Part shown: positions 36,411-48,606 of the stretch, piece after piece
How positions within the stretch are numbered: position 1 is the first letter of the stretch
Layout of the letters: each line of letters opens with the position of its first letter
Source: Hormiphora californensis
Lineage: Eukaryota > Animalia > Ctenophora
Reading direction: 5' to 3'
Length of the DNA stretch: 64,000 nucleotides
Assembly: GCA_020137815.1 (NCBI GenBank)
Contig: CM035355.1
Span: forward strand, 7,130,001-7,194,000
The notes under the pieces: generated by a model
Seen by the model: the letters and a program-made list of their open reading frames with translations, nothing else
Databases searched by the model: none
What the model was told of the DNA's origin: nothing
Position numbers and translations under genes: made by a program

Positions 36411-36789
36411 CTATATACCATTGCAAATTTCGGGGTTTTTGATGCTTTAAAAATGCATGTTCCAGATGAAGTAGAGGGATGAAATTTTGTACTCTAAGGG
36501 CCCTCATATAGGAGAAGAGGCATACAAAATTTCAGAATGATCGGATGTAAGGTAAAAATTTGCCAGAGGGGTCCCAAAATGCAAAAATGTAAGGGATGGG
36601 ACGGGAGGGGAGGAGATTGAGTGTTCTCCTAAACCAGAAATAGTAGAGACTTGCCGTTTGGAACATTGGTTCCTTGCATTATTTGGCGTGGTATAGGCTA
36701 TGTGAAAACTTCGAAATCGCCATAGTTCATTAATTATTCATTAATTATTCATTAATTATTCATTTTAATAACTTAATTGCATTATATCT

Positions 36790-37180
36790 CCACTTCGGCT
36801 CGTCCTAAAACGTTTTCATGGGTATATTCCGACTCAAAATAGTCGATTTATGGGGGGTCGTCCCCCGGACAAAAATTCGTATCTCGCACCGTTTAGCCGT
36901 TATTTGCATATTTATGCTCTAATTCATGATTTTATGCATAACCGTTGTAATGTTCACTTCGGCTGACCCTAGAACGTTTTCTTGGGTATATTCCGACTCA
37001 AAATAGTCGATTTGTGGGGGGTCGTCCCCCGGACAAAAATTCGTATCTCGCACCGTTTAGCCGTTATTTGCATATTTATGCTCAAATTCATGATTTTATG
37101 CATACCCTTTAAAATTTCCACTTCGGCTGACCCTAAAACGTTTTCTTGGGTATATTCCGACTCAAAATAGTCGATTTATT
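36790..37180. repeat. ~164-bp tandem repeat, about 2.4 copies
   Basis: CACTTCGGCT..GGGTATATTCCGACTCAAAATAGTCGATTT recurs at ~36791, 36955 and 37118. Confidence 0.85.
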
Positions 37181-37197
37181 ACACCAAAAAGAACAGA

Positions 37198-37621
37198 AAT
37201 TTAGTCAAAAAACCAATTAAATAAATTAGTTTGGATGCCCGGGCCCATTTGGTGTCACGGGGGTAAAACCTTTAGGCTACTGTCATAAATGATGAATATC
37301 GAGAGAGATAAAGAAAAACAAATTGTGATATAAAGAGTGAGATATATCGAGAAAGACGGAGAGATAGTAAGAGAAATATAAATAAAAGAGAGAAAAAAAG
37401 AGAAAGAGGGAAATATGGAGGTGGAGAGTGGGAGAAAGAGGAAAAGAGGGAGAAAGAGATAGAGGGATGGAGAGAAAGAGAAAAGAAAAACGAGAGATGT
37501 GTATTGAAAAATAAACGAGATATGCCATTATTTATGACAGTAGCCTAAAGGTTTTACCCCCGTGACACCAAATGGGCCCGGGCATCCAAACTAATTTATT
37601 TAATTGGTTTTTTGACTAAAT
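37198..37621. repeat. ~90-bp inverted repeat around a purine-rich spacer
   Basis: AGTCAAAAAACCAATT..GGCTACTGTCATAAAT and its reverse complement. Confidence 0.85.
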
Positions 37622-38724
37622 ATCAACACAATTTAAACACGGTAGTTTTTTATTTGTGAAATTATTTTGATGAAATGTGACAAAAATACACAACATGTTC
37701 TGGCTTCTCTTTCTTCTTTTCTCATTTCCTAAATCACTCTCTTTCTGAATATGTCTGACTAAATATGGGTAATCGTCTTTTGTAAGACTCCCTGCTACAC
37801 TCAAATACACATGTACAGACATACAAACATAACAATTCTTTCCTCATATCCCTGTTTTATCAGGGCTCTATGCAGGGCGGTATATTTCCCTCGCTTGTAT
37901 CATTGGGGGAGCCGTGAGATTTGATTCCTTTGACAGTCCCTAAGGGTCGCATATAATAACCCTGGGTATCCGGGGTTCAGAGGTGAAACACGGTAAATCC
38001 TGGGTGGGCGTGCCACCTGTAATTTTAGAAAGAGCCAAATATCCTAAATACTCTTCACTCTCATAAAGTAAAGATTTGGGATTTTGGGCACTGCCTGAAG
38101 TTACAGTTAGCACACGCACCCGGAAACGACCATGTTGTACCTCACGCCGGATTTGAGAAACTTAGTTGAATAGGGACATAACGGTAATTAGGAATTCGCT
38201 TGTTGCAAATTATTTTCCACTCACGGCGACCCCTTATCACATCACATATCATTATCTCTCTCCTCATCAAATAACTTCTGTTCTTCAACACCAAACTTCC
38301 GATTGTAATATCTTCATTTGATCTCTTTCTTTCAGTTTCTTTCTCTAAATCCTCGCGAGAGAGGTGTACTTGAACTAAACTAAACAGTGCAAAACCTAAT
38401 CCTAAATATATAACCCCTTCTAATATATATTATTATGTAGAAAAACAGTGTGCGAGTTAGTTAAAAAATTAAAATGTTCGACCCGTGAGCAATACTTTCT
38501 TTTGGTACACAATATAATTTAACACATTTGTCTTTGTTGCATTAACCTAACATGCATAACTCAAACATCCAAAAACTGTGTCTTTCTCTCTGTGTGTGTG
38601 GTGTTTAATGGAACAGTTGTGGGACAAAAAGCAAAAAAAAAACAATAGATGGATTGTCAGAAACACAACTAAATCTCAGTTTGAAATATCAGTGCTGCTT
38701 CCGACAAAACTATAATAGGGGGTG

Positions 38725-39167
38725 CTAGAAGACTGATACTAGAAATTGTCCACCGACTATCACGGCAGCGTGGAGAGCGAAATATTTCACGTATGACCAG
38801 ATACTTTTCCTCTTTGATTTCAACAAGTCCTGAAAATGGGAAATAGGGGTTAGTGAATTGGCGGATAAGGGATTTACCAATACCATCTAATCCGAATCCC
38901 ATTATTCACTGGATATCCACACATGTGTGTGAGTGTGGATGATCCACTGGATCAATTTCCAATCGCGTTTGTGTCCCTGCGCGGCTCTCTTGTGCAATTA
39001 ACACAGAGTTTCACGGCGCAACTCAACACTGCTGACACTTTGTCTCTGTGTCGTGTGGCGACGGCGCGCAGCTTCACTTTTGGTCAAAGAACAAGGAGGA
39101 GACTGAGACGTGACGTAGCAACAGCGCCCACCCAATAATCTCAACCCAGATAACACAGAGAGAGGGA

Positions 39168-39225
<58 letters not shown>

Positions 39226-40786
39226 TAAGGAATTCATACCTCAATAGTACTGGTAATATTGGTGACGGGTATTCCTTGTTCGGTTGCTATGGTTGCTACC
39301 ATACCGCACACCGCTATGCAGGAGAGGATAAACCCAGCGGTAGATCCACGGAGTAGAATGTTGTACCATATCTGATAGAGAAGGGCTGATACCTCTTCCT
39401 GGAAGTGAGAGAGAGGGTTAGGAAACTTTGGGAATGTAGGATAGAGAAAGTAATGATGGCTACATGTGAGTGAGAAAGTTTTTACTACTTTATAAGGAGT
39501 CTTGGCGTATTGGTGTTCCTACCTCTGACGTGTATTTTGTTATAGTGTTCCTCAGGAGAGTATCCACCTCTTTGTCCTGCGCTTTGTCCGCCAATAAACA
39601 CACCTGCAAAATATGGAGTTCAGCAATCTTCTAGCCGCCTATGCTATTTAACCAAAAGCAATGAATATTGGACAGTTTAGCAGTTATCTTCGCATAGAAT
39701 GATGCTTTGATAAAGTAGTGTGTAGACTGTAGAGGGTCAGCTAGGAAGAGAGTGAAATATTGTGATCCTATGCTAAATGAAGGAGTAAAATTATTCTCCC
39801 TGGAGCAAGGTTACCCTAGATACGAAAACGTTGCCTAGCATTCATCTGGGTGGAGAAATATTAAACATATTCATGCTTTTTAAAACGATCTCATCACTGG
39901 GCTACTAAACCAGGAAAACGAAAGTCAAGAAAGAAACATTCATCATGTTTTCCTGGTTCAGTTGATGTAATTACAAATTACAAAGAGAGAATCGCCGAAT
40001 CGGTAACTAAACGTTTTCCTGGTTAGGAACCTTCCTAGTCCACCTAAACCACTCACCTAGTTCACCCTCCTAGTTCTTGTGCATTTCATGGGATTTTACC
40101 TGCTTATCTTCCTCCGGGAGAGATTCGAGAAAGTTTTTGGCGCAGTCCTCAGGGGAGATCAGAGTAAAATCACTGTCACCAGAAACGCTCTCTGAAATAA
40201 ATAAAATTAATTAATTAATTAACAAACTAATTAATTAATTAATAAAGAACAGTCTTAGTTTTATTATAACTCCTATTGGATGTTACTATGAAAGATTCGT
40301 GGAATAAGGTCACGATGAAGTCACGGCCTTGCGAAAAAGTATAAAGTCATTGCCCCATTGCATACCATTATACTACGTGTGATACTAAACACGTAACTTT
40401 TGATATTTGATAACTTAATGAGTGCCGGGGTGAGCTCATTTTGGAATTTGGGAGAGGGGCTTACAACAATCGGAGATACTGCTTTGCTCCTAGGGAACTG
40501 ATTGGGGGATTGTGGTTCCGAATTCATAGTATGGGGAGTAAAAGGGTATAGGTAATAGCAATCAGGTACAATTGGGCTGGGGATTAGACACTAGCTAGAT
40601 GTCCTAGTATTTCTTTCAAACCCGTGTGGGGCGCGGTGAGACAGGGCCGAGCAAGGGTCAAGGGTCAAGAAAGGCAACTGGTATACCTGGTGTGCAGCAT
40701 TTCCGAGATCGATGGTGATCCTCTGAGAGGTTCAACCTGAGGCTGTATTCCACGTAGACGTTGGCCAATCGACCCGGCTCTGACAT
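38725..40786 (-). CDS. Divergent Bcl-2-family-like tail-anchored protein (~200 aa, six exons)
   Basis: Exons 40786-40687, 40191-40100, 39603-39523, 39398-39240, 38946-38878 and 38829-38725, all GT-AG and phase-compatible. BH4-like GRLANVYVEYSLR, BH3-like VCLLADKAQ, BH1-like ILLRGSTAGFILSCIAVCGMVA, BH2-like WIIHTHTHVWIS.NNGF (exon 5 needs indel correction), C-terminal KRKSIWSYVKYFALHAAVIVGGQFLVSVF*. Confidence 0.62.
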
Positions 40787-40970
40787 CCCCTGTACGCTAA
40801 CAAAGGAGAGACAATCGTATAATCAAACCGATTAATTAAATAATTAATAATTGATACTGAGTGGGGTGGGATGTGTTCGAACAAATAACAATGAAACAAC
40901 TAACACCACTGTAAGATTTGAATAAATTGAATAAAACACGCATACAGAAAAGAAAAACCTCACAAAATTA

Positions 40971-42044
40971 CTAAAAGTGTCCCACTCGATCCCTTGGTAT
41001 CAGTCGGAGTTCTCGGCCGTGCTTTAGAAAGACATTACCAGCGCTCTGTTGGGGGTTAATTCCCACACCATCGTTAGTGATAATAGCACTGGTAGCAGGG
41101 GGCACCTGGGGAAGGTACTGTGAGAAATAATAGCAGAACACTCATAGGGCTATATGATCATACCCGGCTTATTATATGTTACTATATATCAAAAGAATAG
41201 TTAAATAATCTACAGAGCGGTTCCAAAGAAGGGAAGCAAAAAAGTAGGGAAAGAGCAAAGGAAGAAAATTGCACAAGATTACTTTTTGACAGCTTAACTA
41301 CATGCATACGATATGTATGAGAGAAAAATGAACGAAGAAAGATTACAACTAAAGCGGGATATCTCCCAGAGAAAGAGAGAGAGAGAGAAAAAAAGAGAAG
41401 GAGTGGTCAGTAATATGCAGCTTAGCACGCAATACTCGTCGCTTGAAGAGTGATGGAAAATGCAAAAGGCGTTCACTTTTGAACAATGACAATTCTTAAT
41501 CTAGCCTATTGCATCTTAACCTAAAGAAAGAGAGACAATTGGTGGCGGACAACCTCGATTTGGTAAATTTCCACACGCTTACAACTTACAATCCGTAAGA
41601 ACGTCTAAACACACAGGTGACCTGTGCCAGGTCATCGCACGTGTGGACAATTTCTCAAAGGGCGGCTTTTGTAAGAATTTGACCAAAGTGACTTTGGTCT
41701 CCCCCGCCACCAATTGTTTCAGTGGTGCTCCGACATATTAGCCGCGTCGTAGGGGACGCTATGCGCCATGCGGGTGGCCAATATGACAGATTAGTAATGA
41801 AATTAACCCTCATCGTGTAATAGGAGTGACTTCGTAACCAATATGACAGAGAACCACCTATTTCCTATCCGGACATTATCCGGCTGAACAGTGCAGACAC
41901 TCACCTTGAATTCCTCATGCAGCAAACTTCAATACAGGCAGTAAAAGGGGTACCCTCAGGAACACTGAGAACTTTGAAGGGCAGTTTGGGATCGCTTGTC
42001 AGCGTTATTTTAAAAGTTACCTTAGCACCGGAACTGGCCGCCAT
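40971..42044 (-). CDS. UFM1: Ubiquitin-fold modifier 1
   Basis: Exon 42044-41905: [29 protein letters not shown](VLKFAAEEFK after removing two extra bases). Exon 41105-40971: [44 protein letters not shown]. Confidence 0.96.
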
Positions 42045-42316
42045 CGCAACGCTAATTAGGGGTTTGTAATGGGTTAGGTTAGATGGGATAATCATGATAG
42101 TGATCGGTTGGGCTGGGGAAACCATTTTTTGGCGAAGAAAGGTAATTGATAGTTTGCAGCAAATCCTCGATACAAAATGTTTATCTGGTAACACAATTAT
42201 AACAGGTCCGATCACATGATAACGTAAAAAACAAAAATCTCTGCGAGTAAAAAATGTCTATGTTGTGCTTGGTGACGCAATCACGAAGAGGAGATGGCAT
42301 CACCAAAGTCCTAGAA

Positions 42317-43252
42317 CTACGTAACACAAACAGATATGCCACTAATCCTAGCAGCGAGAGCCTCTATACTCTCGACCTCAAACTCGTCCCTCCACCGTCC
42401 CACCAACGCCTCCTCCACAGATTTATCAGGGTTCCCCGAATCACACTGCCCTGGTCCCTGTTCCGCGATGAATACAAACATGGTGAAGGGGTTAGGTGAG
42501 TTATCATTGTCACACAGCTCCATAAATACTTTGGCATCTTTCCAGGGGAGTGAGGTGAACTCATCAACCAGGACTGACCGTGTTGTAGCAACTATTTCAG
42601 ATCTGTCCCTTTTGTAAATGTGAAACTCGCCATTGGAATATTGGGCAAACATGTTGGAGAGGTGGGTTGAAAAATTGCCCACTATTGGGAAATGGGACGG
42701 GTTTGTAAGAAAAAAGATGGTTAGGGGATCTGATTGATCTCGATCCTCCAGCTTTTGTAGGAAGTTGTTTCTGATCTCATTCCACTTTGTCTCCGGTAGC
42801 CATGTCTGATGGTCGCTGTACAGAGTGTCCAGTTGCTGATGGTTGGGAGACGCAGAAGCAGCAGAGAAGTTCCCGAAACTTACACCAGACAGTGTAAATA
42901 GCCAAGCTATAATTGGCATGACAAAAGCGACAAAAACAACTAAAATTTTGGTGCAAATTTTACTCCCATGCTTTTCGTCGGCCTCTCCGTTGTCTTCGTC
43001 GACGTCAGAGTACGCCGATTCAGTTAACAGAGTGCCTGCAGAAGGGTAAAGTGCAGAAGGCAATACTGGATCCGAAATTGACGCCATCTGATCATTTACA
43101 GCTGGAAGGTCACCATCCTCTTCGTCATGGAGCTGGGGGTACAACCCATCTTGATCTACTTCTTCGTCATCACTGTTGTCGAGTTCACGGTAGGACCCAG
43201 GGTAGCGAGATTTCCGAACTCTATCTAAAGAATCTCTCGCCTTTAGTACCAT
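42317..43252 (-). CDS. TOR1AIP: Torsin-1A-interacting protein (LAP1/LULL1)-like type II membrane protein, intronless
   Basis: Acidic N-terminus, single TM (ILVVFVAFVMPIIAWLF), luminal LVDEFTSLP..FMELCDNDNSP and terminal ALAARIS, like the LAP1/LULL1 CDHENA and SRIS arginine-finger motifs; likely ATG at 43252. Confidence 0.75.
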   Translation of the reverse strand: MVLKARDSLDRVRKSRYPGSYRELDNSDDEEVDQDGLYPQLHDEEDGDLPAVNDQMASISDPVLPSALYPSAGTLLTESAYSDVDEDNGEADEKHGSKICTKILVVFVAFVMPIIAWLFTLSGVSFGNFSAASASPNHQQLDTLYSDHQTWLPETKWNEIRNNFLQKLEDRDQSDPLTIFFLTNPSHFPIVGNFSTHLSNMFAQYSNGEFHIYKRDRSEIVATTRSVLVDEFTSLPWKDAKVFMELCDNDNSPNPFTMFVFIAEQGPGQCDSGNPDKSVEEALVGRWRDEFEVESIEALAARISGISVCVT

Positions 43253-43529
43253 GTCATTCCGTGGCCTAAAACTGTGGGATTGCGGGATAATTAGGTTGAT
43301 TTTAGTGGTAATGGGAGTTGGAACCTTGAACAGTCTCTTCTTCCCTTTCCGACTGAACAGGATGAAACCCGTCGACTCATCTTGTCCCGCCGGAAGGAGG
43401 GAACGAAACATAACCCATTACATTGACTATGCAATTACATAACAGACAATAACCTTTTCCTTTTCTCATTGAACAAAAACATACATTTACATGGATTATC
43501 AAACGTTATAACTTAGGAAATGAAATGAA

Positions 43530-43810
43530 TACTATCAGCCGGCTACGTGTCAACAGTGTCCGTGCAAAAACACTTCCCATTCCGTGGGGGGAGAACGGAG
43601 TGACAAATGGCAGAATTAGGTGCACTCATCCCGAGACAGTTCTACATCCTCCGACACGAAAACCTAAACAACCTTAAGGCAGGTGTTTCTAAGCGCCAAA
43701 ACCGCGATGCTTTCACAACATAGGCGGTTAACAGTTTCTTACTTGCATTCCACGCACAATTTTCACAGAATGATCCCAATAAGGTCGTCAGTTGATCCAT
43801 AACATATTTT
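43530..43810 (-). pseudogene. Degraded or garbled copy of the adjacent pyroglutamyl-peptidase gene
   Basis: TCAGCCGG..ACGTGTCAACAG..CGTGCAAAAACAC..CATCCCGAGACAGTT are colinear with ~44298-44650 but carry many deletions. Confidence 0.6.
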
Positions 43811-44238
43811 GAAAAGGTCGTCGGTTAGCCAAACATGAACCCCCCCTAACAATGTCCAGTTTGGGCTTTTTCGCGATAACTTCTGAACCTTACGTCATAG
43901 AAAGGTTTATAACCACTATAATCGATGCAGAATTTAATGCCGAGAAAGATGGTTTTATTCATTTTGTTCTAGAACGTTCCTGAAACCCATAAAAGCCGAA
44001 AAACCTAAAAAACCTAAAAATCCTAAATTTAGGATTTGAGCACTAAAAATTTTTTTGACTTCTAATTAGACACCAAACACTATTCTGACCAAGTTTCATC
44101 AAAATCGGGGCTGTTCTCTCTCACTTTAAGTTATGCAACATTAAACAATAAACATTCAAACTGAGAAAATCAACCAATAAACATTACGAAAATAAAAGAA
44201 AATCAAAGAACATAGCACAAACATCATTTCCATAACAG

Positions 44239-44790
44239 TTACCGTGAGAGAGATGAGAAAATCTCAGTAATAATCTTTCTGACAGTCTTCACAGTACTGT
44301 CAGCCGGGCACGTGTCAACAGGCGGCACGTGCAAAAACACTGACTTTCCACTCCCGTGAGTGAGAGAACAGTGAAGGACAAACTGGCAGAGATAGGTGCC
44401 CGCATCCCGAGACAGTTTACACTCCTCCCCAACACGAATCACCACATCCTCTAATGCTAAGGTGCTTTTCTTGAGCGGCCAAAAATCCGCTGCTGGCACT
44501 TTTCCAGCAACATCAGGACGAGTGTAAACAGTTTCATTACACTGGCATTCCACTGCCACATTATTACCAGGATGTACTCCCAAATGAATGGTCAGATCAG
44601 GTTTCTCTACCACCCAGTACTGCTTGATAAACTGTTCAGTTGAATCGTAAACCACATCAAGTTTTTTAAAAGCAACATCAGTAGAGTTAGGTTTCCAAAA
44701 TTGGTCTTGTTCCAACAGGTCCAAAACTGTTGAGCTCGCGTTGGTGGGATGTCCTTCAAATGGACCAAATGCAGTTACTAGAACTTTCAT
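44239..44790 (-). CDS. PGPEP1: Pyroglutamyl-peptidase I (C15), intronless
   Basis: MKVLVTAFGPFEGHPTNAS..IHLGV..VAVE..SRDAGTYLC..FLHVP with the E/C/H triad. Confidence 0.93.
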   Translation of the reverse strand: MKVLVTAFGPFEGHPTNASSTVLDLLEQDQFWKPNSTDVAFKKLDVVYDSTEQFIKQYWVVEKPDLTIHLGVHPGNNVAVECQCNETVYTRPDVAGKVPAADFWPLKKSTLALEDVVIRVGEECKLSRDAGTYLCQFVLHCSLTHGSGKSVFLHVPPVDTCPADSTVKTVRKIITEIFSSLSR

Positions 44791-45222
44791 TGAACTGCAA
44801 GAATATGTAACAGGTAAATTTCGAACAGCCATAAGTTACACGAGAATTTTTTTCTGTTTCATGTTTCTGATCAGTGATCAGAAACATGAAACAGAAAAAA
44901 ATTCTCGTGTGATCACTGATGTGAAATTCAAATTTGTGAATCACTTCAGCAGATTTTATAGTTTCAAACTGCGTATGGTGAATTTCAAAATTGGAATAGT
45001 TAGTTATGTTGAGGGCGAACATGCTGAAAACAACAGAAAATCGTCGCGTCGCGGTCGCGGACGTAAAAGTTAAAAAAAGTTCAAATCGCCAAATCTGTGC
45101 TTTTTTTTAAAAGGGGGGGGGGTCGGCCGATATTGGCCTTGAATATAAATAGTGGTACACACACTTACAATGTCAATAATAAATTAAACAAACGGGGTCA
45201 ATAAATTATATAAATAAAAGAT

Positions 45223-46088
45223 TTAGTCTATTTGGTAGATACTGTCATCCCGACCGCTGCTGCCTTCTGCCCTCAGTCGTCCGCGGTGCCCCCTGATGGA
45301 AATGGTGACGGAGCGGACCATGGCAAATGACAACCTTAGCCTCAGGTACCGGATACACTGATCGTATGAATATCCTGTTTTAGTCGCCTTCTTCTCAGCC
45401 AATTGTTTCAAAGTCTTATTAAATTCCCTTCCAAGGCCCCCTGTAGTTGACATGACCAGTGGTGTGAATGTTGACTTTTCCACCTCTAGGACACGGTGGA
45501 GGTAGGATGTTTTCTTCTCTCTCTCGTGTTTTTCATATGTTTTGGCGATGGTCTGGTTTGAGTTGGACGATATCCTTGGATTGAAAATCCTTACATCGAA
45601 ATAGATATTGTCCATATCCGACCAAAAGCCGCGACTACTGATGTCAAGTCTGGCGCCATCGGCTGTTATAGTGCCAGCCGGAAGATTCACCCCTCTAACA
45701 TTTAGGAGATGGGGTTCGATCTTAGTGTCGACACATACTTTATTCAGTTCGTGGCCAATGAAATCTCTCACGTTGTTGTGTCGGAAACATACAAAACCTC
45801 CGAGTTTACAGGATATGAGGTGATCGATGGTGTTTTCTTCCCCACATGCACAATGCTGAGGTAAGGCCTGTCCGACGAGAGGCAGGTTATAACGGGCTGA
45901 CATGGCGTCGTGCCACTCCTGTCTGTTGAGGGTGAAGTTCAAAGATTGGAGAGGGAGACATGTTAACCAGGATGAGGCCCCCTTTTCCATGAGTAGGTCC
46001 AGGTTTCTGATTTCAGCTGTAGTCATCATGTTTTTGATCTCGTCGATTTTCTTCTGATGAATATCGTTCTTGGTTTTGGCATACGTTG
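45223..46088 (-). mobile_element. 3' fragment of a CRE-like non-LTR retrotransposon
   Basis: GASSWLTCLPL, CACGEENTIDHLISC, RHNNVRD, ARLDISSRGFW..FDVRI..KHEREKK..FTPLVMSTTGG (zinc knuckle plus RLE). Confidence 0.85.
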
Positions 46089-46994
46089 CAGGCCCCTTAT
46101 AATATAATATAAGGGGCCTGGAGGGAATACCGCGCTAGGGGGGAATACATAATCAATCATATCTCCAGTTCCAGATAAGGGACAGAAATCGTTTTGGTAG
46201 CGTTGGAAAGAGGAAGATAACAGCTTTCAAATGCAACCGGTTTCAGGTCTCTATCTTATCAGGAACAGGAGATATGAACCAAACTCCGCAAAATCGAGTG
46301 CGGTAAAATAAAAAAATTCGAGATTTTAATTCAAATTTGAAACAAAGTGTCCCTGCAGGGATCTGTGACGTCACTTTTTGAAAACAACCAATCTTTGAAC
46401 GGCTATTGCTCAGCCTCCTCAAGTCCAATTAACTTCTCTCAAAAACAGCAAGGTAGATAATTGTCAGATCTAACAGCTAGTGAAAGAATCAAGCAAAACG
46501 GACTTCAGGGGCCAAAGTTATAAGCACCGCCGTTTTTTCGACCGCAAAGTTATTTTCGACCCAGCCGGGCTCAGGCCAAACGCGCGCGCGGCATTCCCTC
46601 CAGTCCCCTCGTTGCGGGGGTGCGCGCATGAGGGGGCTGCAGCGCATTCCAATTCTTGGTTCGGTGGATGAGGGTTTTCTTCTCTGCTCTGTGCTTTTGC
46701 GAAATTAATTCCTTGCGCGCATTAAAATTCGCTTTATTGCGCGCTTACTCTTTTGCGCGTGCCCAAATTCAGTCTCAAAAATTGACCCAATACAAAATGA
46801 CATTGACCATGAATATTTGACCCTGACCTGACTAAAACAAATAAATTCAGACTTAAATCGGTTCTGAAAACAAATACACAGTTAAATATCAAAGAATAAA
46901 CTCTCACCCACATAAACGTCTCGCCCACCTCTCAATTCCAGTCCAAGTTGGAACCTTACAATTCCCCATAATATAATCAATAAGTTTTAGTTCC

Positions 46995-48606
46995 CTACGA
47001 GCCACCCATGCTCATCATGAAGAAGAGAACAGCAGGGACAATGTACATCCAATATTTAGCGAAGAAGGACCTCTTATCTTTACTCTCATCAGTCTTCTTC
47101 CTGTCCTCAGCCTCCTTCATCTGAATGAAAGTGTTCACGTCTGGGGATGCCCCTATCACTGGATACGATACCTGGAAACGGGGGTCTCAATTAAAATTTT
47201 TAAGTGTCACGATTCGCGAACAATCTAAAACTAAACCGACAACCGTATAGAGGCTACAACAAAACGATGTGCTGCACTGTCGCACCGTACCATTGTTGCC
47301 ATGGTGACGAAAGGGGTTTTACAGGATAATGAGGTGATGATAATCACCGCGGTGCGACAGCACATCTAATTAAGGGGCGTACTGTTACACAATAGTATTG
47401 CTATGGCTTCGTTAAAGATCCTGTCATTGGTTCAAACCGTATGGGAATGTGTTTAAACTATGATGTGCTGTCGCACCGCGGTGATTATCATCACCTCATT
47501 ATCCTGTAAACCCCCTTTCGTCACCATGGCAACAATGGTACGGTGCGACAGCACATCGTTTTGTTGTAGCCTCTATACAGAATTAGACAGTTGAGATACA
47601 GAATTCAAACACCTCACAACTTGTGTAGCAAGTGGTCGCCAGACGGCAGACCACGATATTACTAATGGCCCCTACTTGCAACCGGCCCCATAATAAGCTA
47701 CCTGAGTGTCAGTAGAAAATGAGGTGGCAGATGTAGTTTTACCAACACATTCTTCAGTCTTGGTCTGGAGGGACAAACCAGTCACATACCCTGAGAGTAA
47801 ATAGAGGGGTAAGAAGTGGGTAATAAGAGGGTTAAAAAAGGGGGGTAGTAAGGGGTGAATAAGAGAGATGTCTGATAGTCACAACAACTCCTGAGAACCC
47901 TACCTGAGTTATCCATGTGTATGGTAAGGGTATGAACCAGATCTGCCTCAACAATACTACAAGGTCGGACAACTATCGTCACATAACCCTCACTCTCACT
48001 GATCTCTCCCTCCTCCAACACCTAAACAGAACATAATATAGAAATTGTAGGTAATTCGAAGAACACCTTGTCGTTGTAATGTTAGATAAGTTCCCGATAA
48101 GTTGTAACAGTTGTGCCCTAATTTGAGCAATGGAGGGTACGAGAAATAATGGGTAATAATTATAGGGGGCGGGTGGCGGGGCTGCATGTTAAGCTATCCG
48201 CTCAGTGCTCACCTTGTGATTGGTACGAATATAATAAAGAGTATCATTTTGGTTTGCAGCAGACTTCAGATCATCCACTCTCTCATTACTACTAACAGGG
48301 ATGTACTGGGGTTTGTTGTGGCTCGGGAGACTACTTTGTTTGATTGTTGGTAGGATAACTGTGGCCCGCTTACTCCACTCGCCCGATCCTGCAGAGGGGG
48401 GTTACATAACTCAGTTACACGATAGCTGTCAGGCGGGCCTGTTTTGACAGCAAGATATTGAAAAAGAAGATTGTTGGGTTGAAAGGTAGAAAAGTAAAAC
48501 AACAGAATAGAATCCTACCAATTTTGTGTTCGATGTTCAGGATAAACTCGCTGTGTTGAGAGGAGGCAACATTCCACAGTAGTTGCAGTAGAACCAACCA
48601 AACCAT
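46995..48606 (-). CDS. EMC10: ER membrane complex subunit 10
   Basis: Signal peptide MVWLVLLQLLWNVASS, CSIVEADLVHTLTIHMDNSGRVL, C-terminal KRSFFAKYWMYIVPAVLFFMMS; multi-exon, with apparent indels in exon 2. Confidence 0.88.
47250..47573. mobile_element. Sola-like MITE (GAG termini, TATA TSD) in an EMC10 intron
   Basis: TATA|GAGGCTACAACAAAACGATGTGCTG...CAGCACATCGTTTTGTTGTAGCCTC|TATA; ~120-bp TIRs. Confidence 0.7.
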
